Counted from the first letter of the stretch, positions 1 through 13,884 are shown. The stretch is 64,000 nt of DNA from Lama guanicoe (GCA_013239625.1 MU054117.1:4640677-4704676), one strand, 5' to 3'. Translations and numbers: made by a program. The notes: generated by a model not told the origin, from the sequence alone.

Positions 1-615
1 GTCTGGGAGAAGCCAGGAGAAGGGAGGCTGCCCTACCCACACAGGACTGACAGAGGGCCTGGGTAGGGGCCCCGAGAGGTGGACCCTGAGGGGCTGGGCC
101 TCAGACATGTCCCTGAGAGCAGGGCTGGCACTGGCTGGGTACCGTGCCCGTCGCAGGACTCACCTCCGCCTGAGCAGGCCTGAGACTCCGCAGCAGAACC
201 CTGCCCCCTGGGGCAGTACCAGCTGGGCTTCAGGCCCGGCCAAGGCACGCGACGCTAACAGCTGCCCCACTGGCATCCACACCCCGAGCATGGCACGGAA
301 GGGAGCCAGCCACGTGGTCACTGCAAGGACATCGCCGGGACCGCTGGCAGATTCATGGTGCTCATGCCCAAGCTTCAGAGGCCCTTCGTGGGCCCACACT
401 TCGCACGGACCAAAGTGGACCCTACATGAGGCTGGAGTGACTCAGAGGACCACACTCCCCTCCCTTCCTAGACAGGAGAGAGGCTGTGACCTCCTTATAA
501 CCGGGGGTTGGGGTGGGGTTCTAGGTATAGGGGAAAGTTTTGGAGGAGGAGGGACGTGGCGAGTGTATTTATAAATTGTAACCACATGCAAATAAAGAAG
601 AGATTGATCATTTAT
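1..615 (+). other. LTBR: LTBR 3' UTR (last exon, non-coding part; CDS lies upstream of the window)
   Basis: Resembles the human LTBR 3' UTR as recalled (e.g. GGCACTGGCTGGGTAC, CCAAGCTTCAGAG, GTGTATTTATA..TTGTAACCACATGCAAATAAA). LTBR lies upstream of CD27 on the same strand in mammals. Confidence 0.85.
591..596 (+). terminator. LTBR: LTBR polyadenylation signal AATAAA
   Basis: AATAAA at the end of the LTBR-like UTR, followed by T-rich sequence. Confidence 0.8.
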
Positions 616-1186
616 CTCCTTGGGATTTATAGAGAAAGGCTGTTCCCTAATTCCACGAGGCATTTCTATGAGGGGCTGGTACATGGAATTCGTGTGATGA
701 CAGTTTGGCCAGTGATCGCATACAGTGTGGCAGGCAGAGCTCTCAATGCTGTACAAGCTCATCCTATGCAACCCTCACAAGACCCCGAGGAGGCAGCTAC
801 AATGATGATTCCCATCTAACAAGTGGGGAGACAGGCCCAGGGAGGGAGTCACCTGCCCAGTTCAACTGCAAATGGCACAGTGGGGACGTGCACCCATGAG
901 GCTCTCTTGGGTAAAAACTTCGCAACCGCACCCTTACAGAACTTCTTGGAACAGGTAAAATGGGCTGTTTTCCTCAAATAATCAGACTTTTCTGCAAATC
1001 CTGTAGGCATTAAGTCTCAGCCAATTCTCAAACCCCCAGACTCAAGGCTAAGTGCAAAAGTGTTTGGCAAAAGCTGGATGAAGGGAAAGGTATATGCTTT
1101 AGACACAAAGTGAGAGGCGAGGTTCACATTCTGCCGGTGAAGAAATCGTGGCCGACGTGACTTTTACTTTATTTCTTCTTGTCTTG

Positions 1187-1618
1187 CAGGCATATCTTGC
1201 TTTATTGTGTCTCACTTTATTGCATTTTTTTACAAATTGAAGCAACCCTGCATTATTGATGATGATTAGCATTTTTTTTAAAGCAAGTACACTGAATTTT
1301 TTTTAATTTAAATTTTATTGTATTATTATTTTTTTTAATGGAGGTACTGGGGATTGAACCCATAACCTCATGCATGCTAGGCATACGCTGTACCACTGAG
1401 CTATACCCTCCCCACAATGGTTAGCATTTTTTAGCAATAAAGTAGTTTTAAATTAAGTCATGTGCATTAGTTTTTAGACATAATGCTACTGCACACTTAA
1501 CAGATTACAGTCTAGTGTACACATAACTTTTATATGCCCCGGGAAACCAAAAGATTCATATGACTGGCTTTATCGCAGTGGTCAGGGACTAAACCTGCAA
1601 TATCTCCGAGTATGCCTC
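1187..1618 (+). mobile_element. Tigger1-derived (Tc1/mariner) non-autonomous DNA transposon, interrupted by a SINE
   Basis: Termini CAGGCATATCTT... and ...AATATCTCCGAGTATGCCT match the Tigger1 ends; paralogous to 16716-17131. Confidence 0.75.
1295..1413 (-). mobile_element. tRNA-derived SINE (camelid Vic-1 type)
   Basis: Reverse complement reads GGGGAGGGTATAGCTCAGTGGTA...GGGTTCAATCCCCAGTACCTCC plus an A-rich tail; A and B boxes present. Confidence 0.85.
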
Positions 1619-2192
1619 TATTTTCTTTTTTCCCGAAAAGAACTTTAAATCTTCTCAACTCTCTTATTGTTTGGGAATGTTTGGGCCGCCAGGATTTATC
1701 TACCATTCTGTCCAGTAGAGACGATCCTAGCTTGAAGGATTGGGAGGGGAGCTGCCGCCGGCCGACCGCTCCTTCCATAAAAGGCCACCGTCTGGGTCTA
1801 GTGTTATGATTCCGATTCTGTTGCTGGGGCTTCTCAAGGTGCAGAGGCTACACAGCACACACTCCAGGAGTCGTCTGATCCAGCTGAGTGGCTGGGTTAT
1901 TTAAGGTCGACCTTGAAAGTATTCGAATCCCACTTCCTTTTTTGAGAAGTAAATAATATGAGCTGTATCTTTAGATGCAGAGTTAAATCCTCCTGCTCTT
2001 GCTGTCTGCTAGAACCAGACAACGGGATTCCTTATTCACTGCACCAATGTGTTTTGATAAAAAAAAAAAAAACCCAACCCAATTTTATAAAAATTTTTTC
2101 CCAACAAAATTAAGGGAGGAAATAATTTTTGAAGAAACGGTGCTAAGGCACAGCCCCATGTGACATCATTCAAATTTAGAAATCTACATCCC

Positions 2193-2564
2193 TGTATTAA
2201 TTTGCTAGGGTGGCCATGACCCAGGACTGCAGACAGGGTGGTGTAAACAACAGGTAATTATTTTCTCACAGTTCTGGAGGCTCAAAGTCTGAGATCGAGG
2301 TGTCGGCAGGGTTGGTTTCTTCTGAGGCCTCTCTCCTTGACCTGCCAGTGGCTGTCTTCTCCCTGTGTCCTCATGTAGTCTTTCCTCTGTGTGTGTCTGT
2401 GTCCTCATCTCTTTTTACAAGGACACCAGTCATACTGGATTAGGGCCAACTCTAAGGACCTCACTTTAGTTATCTCTTTGAAGACCACATCTCCAAATAT
2501 AGCCGTGGTCTGAGGTACTGAGGGTTGTGACTTCGACAAATGAGTTCACGTTCAGTCCATAACA
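2193..2564 (-). mobile_element. MLT1-family (ERVL-MaLR) solo LTR
   Basis: TG...CA termini and typical MLT1 motifs (TCTCACAGTTCTGGAGGCT, AAGGACACCAGTCATACTGGATTAGGGCC). Confidence 0.8.
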
Positions 2565-2899
2565 TTGCCCGTCTTCCTCACATCACCAGTGCTGAGTTAA
2601 TACAGGCTCCAACACACACGAACAGAACACACTTCATACAGAGAGGAGCTCCTGTCTACAATGAAAGTGGGTAGAAAACCAATGAAGACAGCCTCCTGAT
2701 TGTTATCTTCAAAAGTTAGAACTGGATACAGTGGTAGGTACTAGTGAATCCAGCTAGTCCCGTATTATTTTTGAGAACTCCACTCCTATACCACATGGAG
2801 GAGAAAGCCAATCCTGAATCCAGCCCACGTCAACATGGGCAGGGAGGCCAGGGGGAGGCTAAGGCAGAGACAGACGGATGTAGCTGAGTGTAGAGTGTA

Positions 2900-3505
2900 G
2901 CAGTGGGAGGTGTGGGTATGCAGTTCTAAGTAATTAACAATTTCTCTTTTCAGAAGATGGAGCTATTCACATGGACAGCTGAGTGGACTCTTTCTGCTAC
3001 CTACCCAACAGACTTCTGCAACTTTCCTAGGAACAGACTCCTATTTCTGTACTAGGGCAGAGATTCCATGATACCAGGAGAGAGGGGCCTTTCTCCCAAT
3101 TCCAGGGGCCAGTAAACCCATTCCCCTCTGCTAGGAATTGGTTCAGGATAAGCATGGGATCCATTCTGGCCAACGACATGTGCAGGGAAGTCTTCCTTTC
3201 CAGGACAAAAAGCATCATTAGGAGAAAGTTTTTGGCTTTCCTTGTCCCTTTTTTCTTGAGTAGGGGATGTTTGAGAGGACACGATTCCTGAGCTCTGGCA
3301 GCCATCTTGCTATCATGAGGAAAAGACATGGAGCTAAAAAGCTAGTTCTCTGAGATGGAAGTCCTAGAAGAAAAGTAAAAACCTAGTTTGTGAGACATCA
3401 TTGAGCAGCTGAACCAACAGTCAGTGAGCACCTACTTCTGGGCTTCTTTTTGTGAGAGAAAAAACAAGCCACCATTTGTGTCAATCACAGTAAGTCAGGT
3501 TTTCC
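2900..3505 (+). mobile_element. Old MLT1-type LTR remnant
   Basis: MaLR-like motifs (GGCAGCCATCTTG, GACATCATTGAGCAGCTGAACCA, AGTCAGGTTTTC). Confidence 0.55.
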
Positions 3506-3519
3506 TTTTTTTTTTTTTT

Positions 3520-5460
3520 AAGTTTTAACTTTATTTATTTCCTCTTTTGGGGTAGGTAATTTATTCACATAGCTCAAAATTCTAAAAGTATCTGAGAGTA
3601 AATGGTGAAATGTCTCTTTCACTCTGATCCATCAACCATCAAGGTCCCTTCCCTGGAAGCAACCAATGTTATTGTTTCTGACCCTTTTCCAGAGGTGATT
3701 TATGCACATTCAAGCAAATATATATACATATATTCCTTTCCTCCTTTTTTCTGCAAGTGGTAGCATATTCTTTGTATATTTCCTCCTTGCCTTCATCATT
3801 TATCTAAATGGCTTGGCCATAATGTCATATTGTTGTCAAAACGTCCTCGTTAATTTTTATATCTGTAAGAAGTAGCCCATTGTATGGCTGCATCATTTAG
3901 CTAGATCCCTTTGAGGATTTTTAATTAATTACTGGCCTTTACTATTAAAAACAATTCTACAACAATAACCTATGTTGTTTTGTACATGTGGGAGTATTGC
4001 TGTCAACAATTTGCTAGAAATAAAATTGGAGGTCAAAAGGTACATATATTTTATTTTGATAAATATTACCAAATTGCCCTTGATAGAGATGAAAATCAGC
4101 ACTTTTTAAGTGTCCCTTCTCATATACAAACACCAACCTTGGTCTGCTAACAAACATTTTAATCTTTGCCAATTTGAAAGGCAAAAAGTGGTATCTCAGT
4201 GTAATTTTTATTTGCATTTTTTATTGAAGTTTTTCATTTCATTGTGACTGAACATTTTCATATGTTAAAGAATCATTTGTAATTTGCTTTCCACTAACTG
4301 TTCATCTCTTTTACAATTTTTCTATTGGACAATTATCAAATGTTATCTTGTTATTCCAGAAATCATCTATTGAACAATGATTTTTTTTTCTTCACTAATT
4401 TGAAACACTACCATTATCATAAACTGAATTTGTGTACGAATTTGAATTTACTTCTGGATTTCCAATTCTCTTTCTTTGATTTGTCTTTTTAATTTGCTAA
4501 TACCACTGTCTTTCAATTATTTTAGCTTTATATGTTAATCTCTACTAGGGCTCCTTTTAACCTTCCTTTTTCAAACATTTTCCTAACCATATTTTCTTAT
4601 TTCTTTTTCCACATAAACTTGCAGATCAGTTTGTCTAGTATTCCAAACCAAAACCAAAACCAAAACCTCCTATTGTATATGTTTTGAGATTGTATCAAAT
4701 TTATAGATCAGTTTGGAAGAATTAACACCTTCCTGGTATTAGTCCTTCTTTCAAGAACATGGTGTACCTTTCTATTTGTTGGTTCCCTCTGTGTCCCTCA
4801 GTAGTATTTTAATGTTTAATGCTTTTTTTTTTAAATATAGACCTTGAGTATTTCTTGTTAAGTTCATTTCTAGTTGTTTTATCTTTACGAATGGGATTTT
4901 TCTTTTTTTTTTTTTAACCCATTCACCTACTGAATTCTCTTATCATCTATAATAGTTATTCAGTCGATTCTCTTAGATATAAATATGAAATTAACCTCTG
5001 CTATCTAATTTTTATAATTCTAATATATCTTAATCTGTCTAAAAGCATTGCCTAAGACCTCCAGAAGAACGTTAAGTAGTAATGACATCACTGTCTTGAT
5101 CCTAACTTTAATGGAAATATTTTCAGTACCCTTATTAAGCAGGAGTAGCGATAGATATATTTATTTTATTATGCTAAGGAAATACCCATCTCCTACCATT
5201 TCATTGAGTTCTTAAATTAACAATGGATATTGAATTTTTATGAGATGGAAACAAATGTCTTTTAAGCATCTGCAGAGATAATTACACTACTTTTCGCCTT
5301 AAATCCGTCAGTCTGATGAATTACATAAATCAGTTTCCTAATACTAAACTATCTCTACCTTTCTGGAGTAAACCACACCTGGTCTTGATGTATTCTTTTT
5401 TTAATGTATCTCTGAGATTCTGTTTGCTAACATTTAGTTTCAGATTTTCATAAGTGAGCT
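3520..5460 (-). mobile_element. Old L1 (L1M-type) fragments
   Basis: T-rich antisense L1 ORF2/3'UTR; minus-strand peptide MQIKITLRYHFLPFKLAKIK is an L1 ORF2 C-terminal remnant. Confidence 0.75.
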
Positions 5461-5898
5461 TGGTCTACACTATTGGTCTGTCTTATCGTCCTCATAGCTG
5501 AAGGCATTTCTGATATAGCAATCCATCCTAAAGGAATTATACCTTAGAGTTAATTTACTTTAATATCTAGGAATGTCAACCTCTCCCTTGCCCCAATCCA
5601 TTGTTAACTCAACCCCTCATCCACATTTCTCAGCACAGAGTCATATAGCTCTATGCTAAGAGATTTTCTTCTAGGCATCTGTTCACTTTTATGTAATTAT
5701 CATGAAAAGAGTTACTTGTTCCAAGCAGCTTGAGATCCTCAAATTACAGAGTGACCCTCAAAACACCTGTTTGATAAAGTGGCTTATTCAGATAGATTGA
5801 TTTATGCAGAAGCCATTCCAGAGCAACAAGACCCCAAAAGGCAATCATACTTGAGACCTAAACTTCCCTTTGAGATTAGTCCTATTTATAAAAGCTCT

Positions 5899-6098
5899 AT
5901 AAACGTTGTCCAATAGAACTTTCTGTAATGATAAAAAGTATTATCTGTGCTGTCCAATATGGCAGCCACCAGCCACATGTGGCTTATGAACATTTGAAAT
6001 GTGATTAGTGTGGAGGAACCGAATTTTTAATTTAGCTTAATTTCATATTTAAATAGCTACATGTGGCTAGTGGCTACTGTCCTGGACAGCACAACTCT
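5899..6098. mobile_element. MER3-like hAT DNA transposon
   Basis: TGTCCAATAGAACTTTCTG...GTGCTGTCCAATATGGCAGCCAC...GTGGCTAGTGGCTACTGTCCTGGACAGCAC. Confidence 0.75.
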
Positions 6099-6189
6099 AA
6101 GTGGTCTATGGAGAAAACTGATTCAATGAGCCTGTGGTTGCCAACAGCTGGGAAGGCAACTGTGATGGTAGAAAGAGCTCAGGCATGGA

Positions 6190-7420
6190 GGTATTCATTC
6201 ACTTATTACATCTCAAATATTTATCTACTGTGTGTGCCGTTCTAGGTATCGAAGATACAGAGATAAAGTTCTTCTCTCATGAGTTGAGGCAGATAATGAA
6301 AATGAATAAGGAATGATAAGTATTCTGCTGAAAACTGAAATAGGGAAAGTGATAGTAACTACATGGCTACTTTAGATTGAATGGTCATGGAAGTTCTTCT
6401 TAGAGAGGTGGCATCTGGACTGAATAACTAGAAGGGACCAGTTATAGGAAGATCAGGAGGAAGAATGGTCCAGATAGAGGGAACAGCTAGTGCAAAAGCC
6501 CTAGGGACTCTGGACATGAGAGGAATTAGGCATCTACAAGTCTATATATATTTATTTTATTATGCTAAAATCTGGTGGGTGAGGGGGAAAGTGGTTCCAG
6601 ATGGAGACAGAAAGTCAGATTGCAGAGGATTTCATAAGCCGAGTTACAGATTTGTTTATATTCTAAGTGCAGTAAAGCCACTGGAAGGTTTTTAAGCAAG
6701 GGAGAGGTACAATCTCTTTTTATGTTAAAAAAGAAAATCTGGCTGCTGTATGGAGAATAGAAAGTGGTGGATTATTATCTATAATAATCCAGTGATAACA
6801 AATAAAGAATGGGAGCAGAGAAACCAGGAAGAAGGCTACTATAATAGGGAGCTGGAGAAAGGTAGATGAGCTGGGGGCTGTATCTAGGGGCGAGAGTCAA
6901 CAGGATTGGTGGGTCCAGCTCATATTCTGCGATCTGGACTATTCACTTGTTAAACTAATCCAAGCCTCATTTTCAAAATTAGAATTCGGTAAATATTAAA
7001 TGAGTTTTTCCTATGTAACGGGCATCTGAAGATACAACAACAAAGAGAGACCTGCTACCTAATCTTCTGAAGCTTGAAAAATAATTACAATGAAATAAGT
7101 GCGATAAAGGAGAAACACAACATATGATCAGAGACCTGATCTAGGCTTGAAGGTCAGGAAATGCTTCCCTGAGAATATTTAAGATGTGACCTGAAAAATA
7201 ATGAAGGTTGGTTAAGTGAAGAGTGGAGGGGAAGACACGCCCTCCTAGTGGAGGGCATGGTATGTGCAAAGGCCCTGTGAAGAACCGTTTAGAATAGTCT
7301 GGTGGTGCTTGGGAATAGAAAGGTGAAGTTGGAGACACAGGTAGGAAGCAGATCATTCAGACTTATAAACTACAATAAGGATTTGGGGCTTTACCCTAAG
7401 AGCAATAGAAAACCACTTAG
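6190..7420. mobile_element. L2 LINE fragments
   Basis: L2-type motifs (ATTCATTCA..AAATATTTA, GCAAAGGCCCTG, AAGCCACTGGAAGGTTTTTAAGCA). Confidence 0.65.
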
Positions 7421-7424
7421 GTTT

Positions 7425-9940
7425 TTTTTTTCCCCATTGCAATTTTTATTCTTTTATTTCACATTTAATTAAGGCATAACATACATATAGCAAAATGCAG
7501 AAGGTGTGCTAGTCTTAGTGGACCGCCTGAAGAACTGTTACCTATTTACAGACCCATGATGCCATCCCAGAAGATACAGAACATTTTCAGTATCCTAGAA
7601 GAAGACTTCAAGCCCCTCCCCACTCAGTAATCCTTACTGCTTGGGTCTCAGTTTATATTCTGGGAGAGATATATGGTATCTGAGATGTATGACACCTCCC
7701 AGAGATAGCCACTATTTGACTTAGGTTTTTTCCCATCAATTAGCTTTGCCTGTACTTGAAATACATATAAATGGAATCATATCATATTAATCCTTTTGTG
7801 TCTAGCTTCTTTTGATCAATGTCATATTTTTGAGATATATCCTTGTTGCTAGTATCAGTATTCGGTTTCTCTTCTAACTCTGCTATGTAGTGTTCCACTG
7901 TATGAATATACCTAAATTTATCTATCCACTTCCTTGGTTCTTTCCAATTTAAGGGTTGTTTCAAGTTTTCAGCAATTATGAATAAAGTCACTACTACCAT
8001 TCTTGCGCATATCTTTTTATACACATATGTTCTCATTTCTCTTGAGTATATACCTAGACGTCAAACTGCTAACTTATCAGATGGAAATATGTATAGTTTT
8101 AGTAAATACTGCTAAAGCATTTCTAAAATGATGGAAGGAATTTAACAACCCCAACTGCAATGTATGAAAGCTCCATTGCTTTACATATTCGCCAAAAACT
8201 TGGTGTTGTCTTTCATCTTAACATTAGCCGCTTTTAATGGATGTATTTCTCACTGTGGGATTTCTTTTCTTAATAAATTGTTCACTTTGGAATAATTTTA
8301 GAATTACATAAAAGTTGCAAAGATAGGACAGAGAGTTTTGGTATCTCCTTCACTCAGCTTCTCTTATTTTAATATCTTACATAACTAAGATCCATTAGTC
8401 ACAAATAAGAAATGAACATTCTTGAAATCTACTAATACTAAACCACAAACTTAACTTGAATTTCTAATGAACTAAACCACAAACTTAACTTGAATTTCGC
8501 CAGCTTTTCCCCTAACGTTCTTTATCTGTTCCAGGGTCCAGCCCAGGATACCAATTGTATTTTGTGGTCATGACATGGTCGTGACTGTTTAGCCTTTTCT
8601 CATCTATAATAGCTTTTGTCTTTCCTTATTTTTTATGACCTTGGCAGTTTTGAAGAGTATTAATGAGTATATAATGTCTTTCAGTTTGGGTTTGTCTGAT
8701 GTTTTCTCATGATTAGAAACTGCCAAATTGTCTTCCAAAGTGATTATACCATTTTGCATTTCCACCAGCAAAGAGGTCCTGTTGCTCCACAGCATTTGAT
8801 GGTGGTGGCGGTGGCGGTGGTTGTAGCAATTCTAACAGGTGAACTCAGTGGTACCTCATAGAGATTTTAATTTGCATTTCTCTAATGACAAATGATGCTG
8901 ACCATCTTTCATATGCTTATTTGCCATCCATGTATCTTATTCGCTGAAGTGTCTTTTTGCCCATTTTTAAACTGCTATTTGTTTTCTTATTCAGTTTTAA
9001 GAATGCTTTAAGTGTTCTGGGTACAAGTCCTTTACAAGATTCATGATTTGCAAATATCTTCTCCTAGCCTATGATTTGTCTATTCATTCTCTCAACATAT
9101 CTGTCACATTGCAAAAGTTTTTAATTTTGATAAGGTCCAATTCATTATTTTTTTTCTTTTATGGATTGTGTTTTTGATGTAGGATCTGAAACCTTATCAC
9201 CAACCCCAAAGTCACACACAGAGATTTTCTGGGTTTTCTTCTAGATGTTTTACAATTTTAATTTTAAAATTTAAGCTATGAGCCATTATTTTTTGTGTTA
9301 GTGTGTGTTGAAGTTTTTTTGTTTTTGCATGTAAATGTCCAATTGTTCCAGCGCCATTTGTTGAAAAGACTGCTCTTTCTCCATTCAATGGCCTTTGCAT
9401 CTTTGTCAAAAGTCAGTCAACAATATTTGCGTGGGTTTCTGGACTCTCTGTTGGTTCCACTGGCCTATGTGTCCATCCTTTTGCTAATACCACACTGTCT
9501 TGATTTCGGTGGTTTCCTAAGTCTTGAAATTGGGTAGTGCAATTTCTCCAACTATTGTTCTTTTTTTTTTTAAGTTTCTTTTCTTTTCCATATAAACTTT
9601 AGAATCAGCTTGCTGATTTCTCATAAAAACAAAAACCTGCTGTGATTTTGAGTGAGGACGCATTGACTCTACGAATCAATCTGGGGAAAACTGATACCTT
9701 TACAGTATTGAACTTTCCAATCCATGAACACAATATATCTCTCCATTTATTTACATCTTTAATGATTTCTTTTATCAGTATTTTGTAGTTTTCAGCATAC
9801 GGATCCTGCACACACTTCATGGTTGGGGTCGGGGGAGGCTATTATAAATTGTATTTCTAAATTTCAAATTCCAATTGTCTATTCCTGATATATGGAAATA
9901 TGATTGACCTTTGTATACTGGCCTTGTATTTTACAACCCA
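7425..9940 (-). mobile_element. L1 fragments (several, nested)
   Basis: Minus-strand peptides YAENYKILIKEIIKDVNKWRDILCSWIGKFNTVK and KWIDKFRYIHTVEHY are L1 ORF2 remnants. Confidence 0.8.
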
Positions 9941-9989
9941 GAGCGGTGCCCACCCAGGACTGCAGGCTGCTATTTGATCTTCTCAGTGT

Positions 9990-11960
9990 CAACCTAAATA
10001 AAGGCAAAAGCTGAGGCAAGCTCCAATTTCCAGAAACTGAGTTTATTCATAAATAGCAGATGAATTGCAATTTGGGAAACACGTGCTGTAGCAAGCTGCA
10101 GGTTGAGGGTTTGGGGTGGGCTGGATTTATGGACAAAGAGCGCAAAGAGGGGGACATCCAGCCAGGGTCCCAGCAGTAAGTCCATTGACTTGAAGATGGG
10201 GAGAGACTCTTGGTGGGTGGCTAGTCACTGGTCAGCGGATGAGTCTCAGTCTCTGTAAATCAGGTAGATGGTGAAAATCAGTCTCCCTGTTCTTAAGTCC
10301 CGTTCTTCTGAGGGCACGTGCATGATATCTTCCATTTCATATCCCCACCTTCCATCTTAGATAGAAATCCTGTTGTGTACTGGTTTGATACAATTTCAAA
10401 TCTGCTTGTTTATGACATAAGTGAAGTTGTTTTAATTTGTCAGTTCATGACAAAGACCCCAAGAAAGTTGTTTTTAGAAGAAAAGTTGTTTTGATGTAAG
10501 AATGAAGTACGATGTGTCAGGATGTCACCGTCTCATCTGTTGTCCTTGATAAGCACTCAGAGCTCAGTTGCTGAGGGCTGAGGGCTCATCAAAGAAAACA
10601 CACAGAGAAGCAACCTTGACAAGGGGACCGCTAGACTGTAAATACGGAGAGTCTGTAAGGAATATCCAGAGTTCGAAAGCTACCCTTTGCTGATCCAGCT
10701 CTGTGAAGGTCTTGAGACTGCTGTGGCCAGCCTGCTCTGCGTGCACAGTGGCGTTAAACCCGCTGCAGTCCCAGGAGGAGAGGGGACATCTGTTCCTGCC
10801 TCGGCAAGGCACTCCTCATAGGCAGTGACGCAAGCCAAGCACCAGTCCCTGGAGGCCACACAAGGAAGCTGAGACCACAAATCTGGTAGGGCTTCCGGGA
10901 TTGCTGTCCAGCTTGGCAGCAGTAAGGCTTTATGGGGTGTCCGTGTGAAAGGGACCCCTTTAATCACAGAGTTTCCTGTAACTGGGTAACAGGCATATTC
11001 AGCAGGTGAATATCCCAGTCATCATAAAGCCAGTCCCAGGCGACTTGTGCATGAACATTATAAGCTATTTCATCTGGGGTGTTCCACTCGGCATTTATGG
11101 GGGAGTTAGGTGGTCCCTCTTCTCAGAATAAACACACTTTACAGCGGCTTTTATCCAGCCACCTGTGATTATTCAATAGTGGTCCTGTGTCAACTCAAAG
11201 ATGCTTTTCTACTCCGCAGGATCAAAGCCAAAGATACAGCCCCCATATTAAATACTCCCACAACCCATCTCAGCAAAGGTTCTTCAGGAAGCGGGTGATA
11301 CCCGCCTACAAGATGAGATAATCCCTCCATGCTGTGCTCCCTGGTTTTAGAAGCTTCGTTGTTGCCTCCTCCGCCCACGTTGACTACCTTCTGGATAGGC
11401 AGAGGCCTTAAGGTGCTTTCTGTTGTCTTGGCACAAGTCCTCCCTGTGGGAGCGATTTTGAGGCTCACGGCCAAATCTCAGACTGACCTCAGAGCATGCT
11501 CGGTCCACAGCACCCTTTTACTTTCACTTTCGCTGTTGCAGGGAACAATAGCCAAGGGACTGTGCATTTAGCACGCTTCTAATTTTGCACTTCCTTAGGT
11601 GCACGATGAGCCAGCCCCTCAGGAATCCAGTCCCCTGCCATTTCTAAATCCCACTGGTAACCGACTGCAGCACAGCTACAGTTTCTGGCCGCGCACGATG
11701 AGCGCCATCAGGGATCAAAGTTCCTCATCCTCTGCCCTTTCATACTTTCTCTTTCCCAAACCACAAGTTTTTACGAGCCAGGGCTGTTTTTTATTTGGTT
11801 GTTTTTTTTTTTTAACCAAATCCCACTTCTCTGATACCAATTAACAGATCAGTTTCTACTCACAACAGTTCAGAAACCAAATGCGTGGGTTTTCCACGCC
11901 AAGGACTTCTCCAGTTCTCTGCAGACACCTACTGAGTGTGCTACAATTTAAGTCCAGTTA
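9990..11960 (-). mobile_element. Decayed LTR retroelement/ERV remnant (LTR-like, internal and MER21-like segments)
   Basis: PBS-like TTGGTATCAGAG on the minus strand near 11829-11840, next to a MER21-like segment (TTTCTACTCACAAC...CCAAATG.GTGGGTTTT); no intact gag/pol/env ORF. Confidence 0.55.
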
Positions 11961-11964
11961 AGTG

Positions 11965-13560
11965 TTTGGTATAACTTATCAGTGAAATAACCTCAGCCTG
12001 GAGCTTGTCTAAGGTGGCAAGAAAAGAGGGCCTAAGACAAGACCCTGTGGAACTCCCACGTTTAACGGTCAGGCAGAGGAGGAAGAGCGGGCATAGGAGA
12101 CTGAAAAGGAACAGCCAAAGAAGAGGGAGAACCAAGGAAATACAATGTCTGGAAAAAATGTTTTAAGAAGCAAGGGGTAGTCGACTATGTCAAATGCTCC
12201 TAAGAAGTCAAAAAAGATAGTGCTTCCGGCGTTGCCTTTAAAAGTCATTGCCAAACCCAAGGTCACCTAGATTTTCTCCCGTATTATCTTCTAGCAGTTT
12301 TATAGTCTTGCACTTTACATTTAGACCCATGATCCATTTTGAATTAATATTCGTGAAAAGCGTAAGGTCTGTTCTAGACTCATTTTTTTGCGCGTGGATG
12401 TCCAGTGTTTCCAGCACCATTTATTTAAAAGATTTGCCCTTTTCTATTGAATTGCTTTTGCTCCTTTGCCAAAGATCAGTGCATTATATTTGTGTGGGTC
12501 TATTTCTGGACTCTCTAGTCAGTTCCATCGATCTATTTGTTCATTCTTCTGCCTATCCCATTGTATCTTGGTTACTGTAGCTTAACAGTAAATCTTGAAG
12601 TCAGCTAGTGTCAGTCCTGCGACTTTGTTCTTTGATATTGAGTTGGCTGTTCTGGGTCTTTTTGCCTCTCATATAAACTTTAGAATCAGTTTGTCAATAT
12701 ACACAAAATAACTTGCTAAAATTTTCATTGTGAGTGTGTTGAATCTACTGATCAGTTTAAGAACTGACACCTTAAAAATATTAAGTGGAAGATTTTTTTT
12801 TTTAAGCTGGGGAGAAACTTGAGCATATTTTAAATTTTTGGGGAAGGAGCCAGTAGAGGAGAAATGGTTGACACTTCAGAAGTGGGGGGAATGATCAGCA
12901 GCATAAGATTGCTAAGCAGGCAGCAAGAAATGGGCTCCAGAGTGCGTGTGGAGGAACTGACCTTAGACAGGAGGAGGGAACTTTGTTGTAAAGGAAGGGA
13001 GAGGGTGAGGATGGGTGCAAACTCAGGTGTATTTGTCAATTTAGCTGTTTAGTTTTTGGTAAAGATGGATGCCAAGTCATCTGTTGAGAGCGAGAGAACG
13101 AGATGGCACTTGGAAGTTTAATTAGAGAAGTGTGAGCAGTCATTGTGTGGAGGGAAAGAGGAGGGCACAGCAGGATCTCCAGGCAGTGCTGAGGGCCCAG
13201 CTGCTGATAAACTGAAGTCTCCATCTGTGCTGACATGTGAGACCTCCCAGTGGTACTCAGCAACCCAGCTGCACACACGGAGAAGAAAACAGAGAACACC
13301 CCAATCCTGGATGAACAGAACTGTTTCTACAAAGGTGTGATCAAAGTTCAGAGAGGCAAGGGATTATACAGCATCGACAGAAATGACGGAAATAGTGTCG
13401 GATCTAAGATGGACAGAAAAGGAAGTGAAAATGGAAGGAGCTGATGGCTGGAAACCAAGCGGAGGAGCAGCGGGCCGGCAGCCCTGAGTGAAGAGCAGGC
13501 ACAATGCGAGCAAGAACTGGAGGTGGTGGTCAGAGTTTCCACATCTGTCAAGTTGTAATG
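11965..13560. mobile_element. L2 fragments interrupted by an antisense L1 fragment (~12230-12780)
   Basis: L2 motifs (GAGACTGAAAAGGAACAGCCA, ATGTCAAATGCT); L1 peptide TNINSKWIMGLNVKCKTIKLLEDNTGENL on the minus strand. Confidence 0.65.
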
Positions 13561-13884
13561 AGAATTAAATGTGACGGAGCACATGCTTCATAAATGTTAG
13601 ACACCACACCAGTGTTGGTTTGTTGGTTTGTCTCTCAGTAGACTGTAAGTGTCTTGAAGGCAGGGATCATATCTCAGACATTCCTGCTCCCAGCGAAGTG
13701 TCTGACACTGAGCAGATGCTGAGTGGATCGTCAGGTATTAGAAGGATGGATAAATAAGCTGATTTCCCTTTAGGATTTAGACTCTGCCAGAATTTTCTGA
13801 ACTTTCTCGTCCAGAAAACAGCTAGCTGCTCCTCTGATAATGTTCTGCTAATGCGTTCTGATAATGGCAGAGTGCCTTGTGTTG

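Noticed and set aside
107..574. 155-aa plus-strand ORF
   Set aside because: Lies in the LTBR 3' UTR, has no recognisable domain and is expected by chance in GC-rich sequence.
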